A program made the translations under genes and the position numbers. A stretch of DNA of 61,920 bases, filler included, from Sphacelaria rigidula (Eukaryota), in the NCBI GenBank assembly GCA_964200075.2. It is 10 parts of 10 records of this genome, joined end to end, with 100 filler letters (N's around TTAATTAATTAA, not from the genome) between each part and the next. Parts side by side here need not be neighbours in the genome. Positions count along the whole stretch, not along the records: positions 49,617 to 55,718 come from CAXNAA020022216.1; positions 55,819 to 61,920 come from CAXNAA020022217.1; 8 more parts are not named here. One strand, 5' to 3'. Each line of letters opens with the position of its first letter. Positions within the stretch are counted from its first letter, which is position 1. The notes under the pieces were generated by a model, which was not told where the DNA came from, did no database searches, and saw only the letters and a list, made by a program, of their open reading frames with translations. Below are positions 51,901 through 61,920 of this stretch, piece after piece.

Positions 51901-53501
51901 AGTGTGCGAAAACCTCGAGATCGTGGCTTTGTAGAGCTCGACGACGTAGTGTTTAATCATCTTGGGGTAAATTTTGGTCTGAGGGAACTGGTCGTCACCG
52001 CACACTTGGAGGAACACGCGGACATGTTTGCTGCCGGAGAGGTTGAACGAAAGTAAGTGCATGATGATGAACACCCGAACGAACATCAGGATCATGATCC
52101 GGCCGGGGTCGCTGCTGCTTTTCATCGCCTGCTTGGACGTGCTTGCTGTGGCGGCATGGGCAGCTTTTGTCATTTTGACCCTGCTCGTTTTGCCGGATTC
52201 GATGCCTGAAAGAAAAGTGAAGCGATCCGGAAAACACAGGCGACCAATGAAGCCGTTCGAATGTCAGCATACAGGTATTTCCAGCCGTTGGAAACAGCAC
52301 ACACAGACGGGGACAGCATGGATGTGGCCTCTGCACAAACATTATTAGAATAGATCGGTCGTTCCATCTATTACCATCGTTCGCAGTGTCCACCTACCGT
52401 ACAATCCTGCCTTGTCAGCACGAAGGACCTACGATCCGAGGTCAGATACAAAGATGAAGGATTTCTCTGCGATGTACGCATTGTATTTGATTGTCAAAAT
52501 GATTCAGCAATCATTATTCCTCACCAGAAACATGTTTCTCACCATTTTTACCATCAAATACAACTGATGAGTGTTGATCAATAATAAACTAACCAACGAA
52601 TTTCGCTCCAATAAATGACAGCCTACACACAAATACAATGAAGCCGACAAAATGTACATAATGTGTCCCTCAGCCCGTTTCTTATCACTGGTATTTTGTT
52701 GTTTTTTTTGGGGGGGGGGCATTTCTCACTCTTGGGACATTCAGACACGGTGTTTGGCCCCCCAAAAGGGAATATCGCCATCAAACATTCAGACACTTCG
52801 CACCATCCCACCGAAAGAGGTCTAAAACACTTCCCCGAGTCGCTTGGCTCCGAGGTGTCGAGTATGAATTCCGAACAAAAATATGCAGATGCCCCCAAAG
52901 CACGCCCCCCCTAGAATATCAACGGCGAGAAAGGATCGTACCCCCCCCCAAAAAAAAACTCCACAATTATTATGTCGACTCGATATGTATTAGAATAGGA
53001 AAGTGTGTAGCTAATAGCCGTTTTTTTCTCACCGTATGTTTTGGGCGAGGTCGAATGTGAACCTAAAAATACCAAATACTTGTACGCCAGAGCACTCACC
53101 GTGACATATGAGATGGCGTGTAATGTTGCCTGTCTGCTTCGCGTGGCAGTTGATGCCACCCTGACATTTCGCCGAAGCTGCTCGACACGTAGGCGAACAC
53201 GCGCAAAACCACAGCTGCTTCTTGTCGTCTGGATCTGTAACATCTTGCTCAAAGCGTATGCCGTGATCATACACAATCGACCGCGTCGCCGTTTTTGGGT
53301 GGTATCTTGCACCGCCTGTACTCTGCCGGGTTTGGCATATCGCGCATTGCTGCTTGCTTTATCTCCTGTTGGTGACCGTGGGTGAGAAAATGTGAAGGAG
53401 GGGAGAAGGGCGGGTGTCATTTCGGAAATATATTGAAAGTTTCCGCTGAATCCCCGCGGGACCGTATATGTATGTACAGCCATATACTGTACTAAAAACG
53501 A

Positions 53502-53760
53502 CATCGTTGGACAGGTCATGAGCTACCTGAAATAACTATTTGAAAAAGAATCCCAAATTGCTTGTTCAATGACACGAAGTACGTCACAGCAGGGTGCGGG
53601 AAGCCAAAGCGCTACCTTTGCGCTTCGCCGCGTGCTCGGTGTCCAGTGCTGTAGAGAGAAAAGTTGGGAAAAGGGCCCAAAGGAGCTAGCTAGCCCATGA
53701 TCCGGATCAGCACGCTGATAGAAAGTAATTTCAGGTTGCTCATGAGCTGTCCGACGTATG
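53502..53760. mobile_element. Cognate hAT MITE inside transposase intron 1
   Basis: CATCGTTGGACAGGTCATGAGCTACCTGAAATAACT / AGTAATTTCAGGTTGCTCATGAGCTGTCCGACGTATG. Confidence 0.75.
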
Positions 53761-53779
53761 AAACTATGTAAATAATGCG

Positions 53780-54002
53780 CAGTACTGTAATGCGTGAGAG
53801 GACCGCGTGCTTAGAGGACCGCGCCGTAGTTCAAAACACCCCAGGATCGGCGTTTTTCAAAACCAATCGGGTCAGCCCCTGCAGGTACCACGCTCCTGAC
53901 TACAACCATAACACTAACCCTGACCCTAACCCTAACCATGGGGATGTTCAAATTCCGATGCGGTCCTCTAAGCACGTGGTTCTCTCACGTATTACAGTAC
54001 TG
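53780..54002. mobile_element. MITE with 43-bp TIRs (CAGT start) and internal CCCTAA repeats
   Basis: CAGTACTGTAATGCGTGAGAGGACCGCGTGCTTAGAGGACCGC mirrored at 53960-54002; CCCTAA-like repeats at ~53912-53937. Confidence 0.8.
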
Positions 54003-55959
54003 TAGTACAGTCCACAGTGCAGTACAGACAGTAAAGGAGAGTACAGCGAGTCTACGGGCAAATAGATACAGACTGCGGACAAATAGACTCTGGCACCGCG
54101 ATTCATGCGGCAGTGCAAACGAGATGATCAGTGACGGTGACCGTACAACCACTGGCCGGAGGCCATTGCTAGCTCGTGTTCGACTAGGGCGACTTGTTGC
54201 GCGTCAAAGAGTGGAAGGCGAACCACTGACGGTCTCGTTTGTTTCGAAGCATACAGGACAAGATATCGCAAGATCCTGTCTACCTTCCGCTGTACTTCGC
54301 AACTAAAATACAAACGATCATGATTTTCCTCCACGGTACAGCCAGGTCAAGGTAGCTCGAATCACACAAGTAGATGTGGCTTAAAACACATCCGTCAAGA
54401 TGGCTTGAATCACACGCTTTACTCTAAAGCACAGCGAAGGTAAGGCATACACGCCTTGACGCACCTCGTCTTCAGTAAGTATAGTCCCGTCTTCCACATC
54501 GATTGCCTGTTGCGAAGAATCCGGATCCATGGCATCATTTCCGACTGAAGCACCGCTAGAGCTGCCGCCCCCCGCGGTCGCCATGCAGGGCGAATTGTGT
54601 GTATGTGTGGTTGTGTGTGTATGTGATAGCTACGATCCGGATAACATCTGATGCAACCATGTTGATTGTTGATCTTCGCAAAAAGCAAATCCATCGCTAC
54701 ACGAAATGGGACAGATGTGTGCACATGTAACCGTTGTCACGTACGTACAATATCAACGTGCATGAGCATCGGAACAGAAACAACTCCAGGATCGTCGTGG
54801 CTCCCGTAGTTCTCATAGCTCATCCAGGGTAAGCATGTGTAGCTCATGCAGCTCTCGTAGCTCATCCAGAGCAAACATGTGTAGCTCATGCAGCTCTCAT
54901 AGCTCATCTGGTGCAAACATGTGTAGCTCATGCAGCTCTCGTAGCTCATCCGGAACAATCATGCGTAGCTCATGCAGCTCTCATAGCTCACCCAGGGCTA
55001 ATATGAGCTGAAGAGCTACGGGTTGGCAGCTCATCCAGGGGAAACATGCTTAGCTCAAGCAGCTCTCATAGCTCACCCAGGACGAATCTGAGCTGATGAG
55101 CTACGGGTTGGTAGCTCATCCAGGGGAAACGTGCGTAGCTCATGCAGCTCCCATAGGTCACTCAGGACGAATATGAGGTGATGGGCTACGGGTTGGTAGC
55201 TCATCCAGGAGAAACATGCGTAGCTCATACAGCTCTCATAGCTCACCCCAGGGAAAACATGCGTAGCTCATGTTCCTCTTATAGCTCACTAGGGAGCTAC
55301 GCTGAAAAAGAGCTAGCTCGAGCTATAGGGAGCTGATCCATCCGACGTGTAAATACGTTGCTTGCATACGTCGCAGCAGTGGTGGCTGCCAGCGTGCGCC
55401 ACTTGCGAAGCATGAAAACATGCACCCCACAAAGACTGCTCAGCGGAAACGTGTATACAAGTATATATACACATGAACTTGGCTTGTGTCTCAAAACCGG
55501 TCCGGGGTCCTCTGGACGTCATTCCTTCACGTGTACCCAGCATCCGCATGCGCATGTAGCAAGGCGTTTCCACTTTCGAAATACACCTGTTCTGAGGCCC
55601 AAATGTACCACAGGTTCTCTGAGGCGACTTGTGGGGGGGGGGGGGGGGGGGGGTGTTTTTTTGTTGTTTTTTTTATCTTTTTTACCAACTCCCCCCCCCT
55701 CTTTTTTGGGTCGGGCTTNNNNNNNNNNNNNNNNNNNNNNNNNNNNNNNNNNNNNNNNNNNNTTAATTAATTAANNNNNNNNNNNNNNNNNNNNNNNNNN
55801 NNNNNNNNNNNNNNNNNNAGGATGCCCTTGTCCCCTGGTCATCATCCAGGATCCACTATATACTCAACCGTGACGGCGTGATTTCGCCACAGGGCGGAAA
55901 ATACGCGGGCATATGACAACATTCGATGCGATAGCAAGCAAGAAAAGTACATTCGACAG

Positions 55960-56310
55960 TAGGCGGCAGAAGCAAAAACAACGACACCACAAGCGAGACA
56001 ACAACAGCAAACCACGGTAGCAGAAAGCACGGTGAAACCAGCAGCAGCCGCGGAAGCAGCAGCAGCCGCAGGAACGATAACAGCAGCAGCTACAGAGCAG
56101 CAGCAACAATGGCAACAAGCAGCAGCAGCAACAACAACAACAATAACGAGCAACAGGACACCAACAACAACGAGCAATAGGACACTAGCGAAACGACAGC
56201 GGCACGGCAGCAACAAATAACAGCACAGTTGCAAGGCGAAAGCACAACAACAGCAAATAGCAGCATCACACCAACGCGGCAGCGAGATGCAGACAGCAAA
56301 ACAGCAGCGC
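55960..56310 (+). repeat. Degenerate (CAG/CAA)n low-complexity tract in a retroelement leader
   Basis: Directly visible; lies downstream of the PBS on the minus strand. Confidence 0.8.
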
Positions 56311-56995
56311 AGCCGCGCGACGAAACACTACACCTGCGTAGGTAGCACACAGGAGCTACGTGGAACAGCTGCCCCGAACCGCCCTGCAGTGTGGTGACCG
56401 GAGTGAGATGACGCATCCATCGAGGTGAAATGTTGTTGCGCGTTCAGATATGCTCTCGTGCGACCGTATTTGCCATTCAATCATTCGTTTCGGGTAGGTC
56501 ATAAGTTTTGCTTTGAAGGCCGAAGGTCTGCTTATCTCCGTCATTTCGTATAGCTTGACACTCCGATGTGGCGAGAGCTAGTGTTTTTATTCACCCGTGA
56601 ACGAAGCCGCCATGATCTGTTCGGGCATGGGTATAATTATGCAGCAAGCGGGAGCAGCGCAACACAGGCCAAGAACGAGGGACACAGGCCACCACAAAAA
56701 CGAACTGCCTAACCCATGTTTGACATTTATGCTCAACGTAAGTGTGGAAAGTAGACGACAAAACAAAAAAGTGCGAAGAGCCGAAGTAGCATACCATGGT
56801 ACATTGTACAGGCTATTTAAGAGTGTATCCGTGACACCCACCTGTATACTAGCACACTGTTTGATTTATGTGGAACGGAATGATATTGCAGTGCGAATCA
56901 ACGAGTGACGCAATAACATCCTTTCCAGGAAAAAATGGTTGTTTCGGTGGGGCGTAGCCGGGGGTGGCACCATTGGCACGCAAGTAAACTACAGA

Positions 56996-57005
56996 TTGGG
57001 CGCCA
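56996..57005 (-). promoter_or_regulatory. Primer-binding site, tRNA-Lys(CUU)-like
   Basis: TGGCGCCCAA immediately after ...GGATCCGCTGTTACA on the minus strand; 10-nt match to the Lys(CUU)-type PBS TGGCGCCCAACG. Confidence 0.65.
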
Positions 57006-57650
57006 TGTAACAGCGGATCCTAAGAAATGGAGTCCATCTCAAAAATTAGGGTGAAGCGACATTTCTTTTTTGCAGGGATGACGCGAAGCACTTACGACCG
57101 AGCGAAGCCATCTTTCCCCCCAAATGTCCGCAGCAGTTAAGCAGCTGTGGCTTGGTGCACCAAACGAATGCGGTGTACACGCATGTCGATGACGATATCA
57201 CCAGAGAGAGAAGCAACGACAGAGAGGAAGCTCCTCGTCCTTTGTGTGTCCTCGCTCGGCGATTAGCAATCGCTCGAGAGACTGGCCTCATCGATGTTAC
57301 CAGCATGTACCCAAATTTTTCATGTGCCGAAACATCGAGCTGCGGAGAGATTTCCTCTCGCCTTACAATTGCCTGTCGAGCTCACGAATGCGAAGACCGA
57401 TTTCTCTCTGCCTCTCCGTTTGGACAGGACGCGCCTCTGTGCGCTGAAAAACATGTCGTCAGAAAATAGGGTAATGTTCCTGTCACCGCTAATACTCTTC
57501 TCTGTCACACACATGCCAGCAAGGGCGGTGGTGCGGCGAGAACAACAGATATATCCAATTTGAATTTGGGGGTGTTATTCATCGTTGATTTCACCCGACA
57601 TGTTTGTGAGCGACCCTCTGGGTGCCCAACGACAACAGCGTGTGAAACGT
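57006..57650 (-). mobile_element. Candidate 5' LTR (upstream boundary uncertain)
   Basis: Abuts the PBS; 57009-57135 is homologous to 18210-18335. Confidence 0.65.
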
Positions 57651-57750
57651 CAGTTAGGGGGGGGGGGGGGGGGGGGGGGAAGAAGAAAAAAGGGCGGGGG
57701 GGGTCTGGTGAGAGGGGGGGAGAAAAAAAAATCAGAGGTGNNNNNNNNNN

Positions 57751-60250
57751 GCTGTGTCTCTGGGGTGTGCCCAGGTGGGTGGGGGTGGTAGGTGGTTTGG
57801 TGGTGGGGGGGTGGTTTTGGGTGAGACATCAAACACTTGTGGAGATCTTCTTGACATGCGGAGTGAAAAAAGATACCTACGGTAGTGATCTAACCGTTGC
57901 GAGCGTGGTGCAGAGGGGTGCGTCCATACTGCGATCTGGAGCACGCGCTGGCTGCGTGAACACCTCGGTACAGAAGCTTTCAAGAATGAATTCCGATGTG
58001 ACAAGGTCACGCGTTTCCACCTGGGGCGACACATGAACCCACGAAGAACAAGAGTGCTCCATGATCATCCACGTGTCGTTCCATTTGATACCCACGCCAT
58101 CAACCGCCAATCTCAAAGGTCTTGTGGCATTCAAGCAACGCTGACGGCAGTACGGCAGGCAAACCCAATCATTGCTAGCTATCGAATCGTCACGGGGTGT
58201 GCCATTGTCGGACATGGGCGTGCAGTCGCAACTGCTGTTACGGATCGCCACGGAATGGTACGTCGTGAGGCACTTTTAACTTTTCAGCCTGCTGGTCTTC
58301 AAGTCCCGTAGATAGAGCAGCGCCTGATGTCGAGCCGCCACGGAGTGTTACGTCGTGAGGCAGTCTTGACTTTGCAGGCTGCTGGTCTTCAGGTCCCGTA
58401 GATAGAGCGGCGCTCTTAGGCTGTTGTCGTAGAGCTGTAGGTGAAACGCCGCCTTTGCCGAAGTGGCGGAACGGTGATAAGTTTGGCTTCGTGTACGGCG
58501 GGGCGTGTGCCTCCCGAGCCGGAGGAGGAAGCAGGGCTAATGGGTTGCGACATAATCAAGGGGGGGGGGGGGGGCGGTGGCGTTGAACCTGCAGTACTGA
58601 CCCTTTCAGAACAGTTAGTAGGACTGTTCGGCGCGATTTCTAAGCGCAAGTAGCTAAACGACAGAAGAAGGACTATAGGTGTGTAGGTACCACGAGTGTC
58701 CTGACTTAGACTGCAGGGCAATAGTGTGTCAACGGAGTGAGGAAATGGCGCTCGTGCCCGAAGTAATGCTCCAACTAGGGAACAGTGTCGTGATGCAGTA
58801 ATTTAAGACGCCACAGGACAAGCTGCAACGTTATACCTTTCGATAATTAGTGTACCGTAGAGGTGTGGGCAGCCTACTGTCTGCACTCTGTATAAACAAT
58901 GTGCCGGTGAAAGCAGAGAAGATTCTTGCACACAGTCAGTGCTAGGCCGCGGTGCAATGTAAAACAGGTAAAGACGAGGACAGCCTACTGTCTGTACTCT
59001 GTAAACCAATGTGCCGGTGAAAGCAGCAAAACGTTCTCGGACGCAGTCAGGACTGAGCCGCGGCGCGACGCAAAACAGGTAGATAGGGGGAGCACTGGTT
59101 CTTGAGTGCCGCGTGCTCCGAGTGAGCAGGTGCCGTAGGTGTGGGAACTATCTATGCAATGTGTCTAGTAAAGAGGAGTGTTTGGAAATTGCCACGACTA
59201 TCTGAGCTGTCGAGGGGAGGGGGGAACAGCCAGCAACTGACAGGCTGAATATGTCAGAGACGCGTCCTGTCGCGATTGTAAAGTGTCTCCGAAAACTTTA
59301 GCCGAGAGAGGTATAGTGTAAGAAAATATCACGGCTGTATGAGCTGTGGAATTCCAATATTCGCGTTTTGGCTTGTACGGCGCTGCTCAAAAGATGTGCG
59401 AAGAACACTGCAAGGACAAGAAAAACGACTGAAAAGTTGACGTCGTTCGCGACACAGCGAGGATGCCAGAATGGGTACGAATTCCGTGTACAGATGTTTG
59501 CAGTCACCTGGAAGCGGAAATAAGGGTTGTGTGACGAAGTGGGCTCGTATTAAATTGCAAGGTACCGTAAACAGGTGGTACCGAAGTGCGAAAGCAGCAG
59601 GGTTACGCCGCTGGCAAAAGGGCTATTACGCAGGAACAGCAGCAGAGAGTGTAACAACGATGCACCCTGTGCTACGCTTCTGTAGCAATTTGGTAAGGGG
59701 AAGGCTTCCCCTGTCAGAAAAGAACAGCCAGTGATGGCTGGGTGCTGGTCCGTGCTGCACTGGGCACCCACTTATGTTCTTTGGTGCACATTCGGAAAAG
59801 AGTGCGTAAGGTATGCAGTTTGCAAAAGGAACAGCAAAGTTGGGCGGCACAAGGCGTGTAGTAAAACGCAGCAGCAAGGACCGGGGTCAGACATCAAGAT
59901 ACACTGGGTAACACAGAGAGGGAGGCTTTACAGTAGAAACCAACTGGCTACTCGAGTTGGAAGAAAAACTTATGTAGGCTCGACTGCGAAAACAAACAAC
60001 GGCTGGCGGCTTGTTGAAAACCGTACGGGTGCAGGTTTCGTGCACTTGATTCAACAAAGCAGAGGGAAAATCTTTTCTAAAGGGAAAACACAATGTCAAA
60101 AGAAGAGACTCCTTAGTCAAACGCCAGTGTGATGGGGCTAGGCCGTGTGTATGGCGAGCACGCCTTACTGGGCAAGGCAAGAGGGCCGCGCAAAAGACTT
60201 CATAACCAAGCTGTATGGCAAAGTGACTCTGCAGCGTATCAGCAACGCAG
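57751..60250 (-). mobile_element. Gypsy leader and possible gag start, related to the 12405-18335 element
   Basis: 59090-60200 is colinear with 16965-18200 (e.g. GAGACTCCTTAGTCAAACGCCA). Internal tandem duplications of ~112 bp (58866-59080) and ~90 bp (58256-58415). Confidence 0.75.
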
Positions 60251-61171
60251 GCAGTTTCCCTATGTTTCATGTGTCCAAAGGTATCAGAGTTTCGCGCGTA
60301 GGTATGATAATATCTCTTCTTGATTACTTAATTCATGATCTCCTCAGTACTTACAGTACTCAATCTCTCTCGCTCAATCAGTCAGTCTCACCGTGATGTG
60401 AGAGTTCCTTGCCGGGGATGAGACGTAGTGAGTTGAGTAAGGCTCGTGGCTTTCTATATCCCTGCCATATACAAGTTCACACTCGTATCTGACGAACTCT
60501 GAACAAACCTGCAGTCTCGAAAATAGACTGGAATGATACAAGTCGTACATAAACCCGGATTCGTCGACGGGTCTGAGGCGGCATGACAACAGGCTGATGT
60601 GCTCCTCATGTTGTAAGAGCGCTCGTCCTGCATATGAATGACAGCCTCCAATGACTTGCTTCATTTTCTAGTATCGCCGCTTCCAGACACAGTCACGGGC
60701 TCCACACTGCCCCATAAGTGTCTCTCCATTTCAACATCACATAATATAAGTATCCCTTTGCGCGGAATCGAGGTTCTCCCACCCCGCACAATATGACCTA
60801 CGTTGACCACCATCATGGCTACCGCAAAATAAAACACAAGCGCGCAAAACAAAACGGTAACCTGGTTGCCTAGCTTACGCAGTGGGTGGCGCATTTTACA
60901 GCGTCATTGCCAACCGACGCCAACCCCATAGGGGGTGCGTCCCCACAAAGCCGGGACAGAGCACGCCGGGTTCTAGCCGGGCCAGGCTAAAACAATGTGT
61001 GTGTATGTGTATGTGTGTGTGTCGGGGGGGGCGGGGGGGCGTACTCATTTGTTGCTCACCTTAGTCATTCGACCATTGACCGCGCATCCCTTTAGAGACG
61101 GAGCACCGTTCCTACTCCTAATAGAGGCACCCCCAACATTCTGGCGCTCATTGTGTGTGTCGAGGGGGCGC

Positions 61172-61860
61172 GTACTCATTTTTTGCATGCCTTAGTCAGT
61201 CGTTTGACCATGGACAACACATCCCTTTCGAGATGGAGCACGTTCCTACTCCTTATAGAGCCACCTTCAACATTCCAGCGCTCATTACGTCTCTTCCATA
61301 GCTCATTACGTTTCTTCCATACATTGCACAAAAATCGCCTACATATTATCTTATTCCCCTCCTGTTTCGCCGTCTGTGGCCACCATCCATCTCCTAGTAT
61401 AGCCATCGTTTTTTCGCTACTGTCTAATGCATCAAACGATTCCATGCCACCTTCGTTCACGTCCCGCATTTCCCCCTCTAGCACGCCTATTCCTCCTTGT
61501 ATAGTTCACATTCTGCCACTGTATGACTTCTGCTCTCTATCGCTTTGCCACAGAGGTAGTTCTGTCCATCTACTTCCTCCTCCTTTCGACTACTGGTATA
61601 TCTCTTTCTTCTTTCTGGCAGATTCAGGTCCCCCACCCGAAATCGTAGTTTCAATTTTTCACCGCGTCCATGGGGTCATGCAGATATGTTTTCATTCCGA
61701 CCACCTCTCTCAACCCCGAGTATATCTCCAGGTGTTCTTCCTCGTCTACCTCACGTCTGAGCGCTCCTTTTTTCCCCTCTTTCTATCATGTATTTTACAT
61801 TTTTGTCTTGTACCCCGCGCCTTCACCTATGGACAGAATTTTGTCTTGGTTTCCGCCTAT
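61172..61860 (-). mobile_element. Non-LTR retrotransposon (LINE) ORF2 3' end, decayed; extra tail copy at 61040-61150
   Basis: KLKLRFRVGDLNLPERKKRY...(Y)LCGKAIESRSHTVAEC (degenerate CCHC)...AILGDGWW, with frameshifts; ends ATGAGTACG then a C-rich run. Confidence 0.8.
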
Positions 61861-61920
61861 AACAGTGTTTTCGTGAGATTGAGAGTAGATGATACGATTG
61901 AGAGTGAAAAGCGTTCAGAC

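Larger units (their letters stand above)
49617..54584 (-). pseudogene. Intron-containing hAT transposase with a BED finger, disrupted
   Basis: Exons 54584-54465, 53365-53100, 52205-51810, 51394-51114, 50892-50782, 49923-<49617. BED finger WFC...C...TGNITRHL..H; DLWTS; VTDAG; PHMLN; HRWIS. In-frame TGA at 51387-51389 and an apparent frameshift in exon 2. Confidence 0.88.
49617..55351 (-). mobile_element. hAT DNA transposon, 5' part (3' end runs off the contig)
   Basis: Terminus TACACGTCGGA at 55351; ~41-bp GAGCTA subterminal array at ~54800-55330; transposase gene downstream on the minus strand. Confidence 0.9.
6103..55818. other. Nine artificial 100-bp contig spacers (N44-TTAATTAATTAA-N44) at 6103, 12305, 18507, 24709, 30911, 37113, 43315, 49517 and 55719
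   Basis: Identical spacer every 6,202 bp; 10 x 6102 + 9 x 100 = 61920. The spacer core puts stop codons in all six frames. Confidence 0.99.

Noticed and set aside
54800..55330. ~41-bp GAGCTA array as a CRISPR or coding repeat
   Set aside because: Subterminal repeats of the hAT element; the MSYESC ORF is a by-product.
55842..56416. Poly-A/Q/T and poly-L/V/C ORFs
   Set aside because: Translations of a CAG/CAA low-complexity tract.
61861..61920. Possible further AACA terminus interrupting the LINE
   Set aside because: Only AACAG plus weak similarity in 60 bp at the window edge; not enough to count.

Overview
Not one locus: the window is ten unrelated contigs of exactly 6,102 bp, joined by 100-bp artificial spacers (N44-TTAATTAATTAA-N44), so gene context only holds within a contig. 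The DNA is eukaryotic, intron-rich and repeat-rich. Gene style and repeat families suggest a brown alga/stramenopile (inference). Host gene fragments rebuilt from splice sites and reading phase: a HUWE1/UPL1-type HECT E3 ligase (9 exons), eIF3d (3 exons), a tandem-NDK-domain protein (3 exons, one GC-AG intron), an Mx-like dynamin (2 exons), a probable alpha-carbonic anhydrase exon and one unidentified terminal exon. Most of the rest is nested mobile DNA: a decayed Ty3/Gypsy pol, an intron-rich hAT transposase with its deletion derivative and MITEs, Harbinger-, piggyBac- and Sola-like MITEs, a LINE 3' end, and SINE-like repeats. Best leads: (1) fold-back elements with AACA...TGTT ends and 4-bp TSDs, whose termini also sit where the LTRs of Gypsy elements should be; (2) a Gypsy integrase with a chromodomain followed by a Tudor-like domain; (3) a LINE and an abundant short repeat that share a 3' end and finish in oligo(C) rather than poly(A). 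All protein assignments are from motif recognition by eye; no searches were run.
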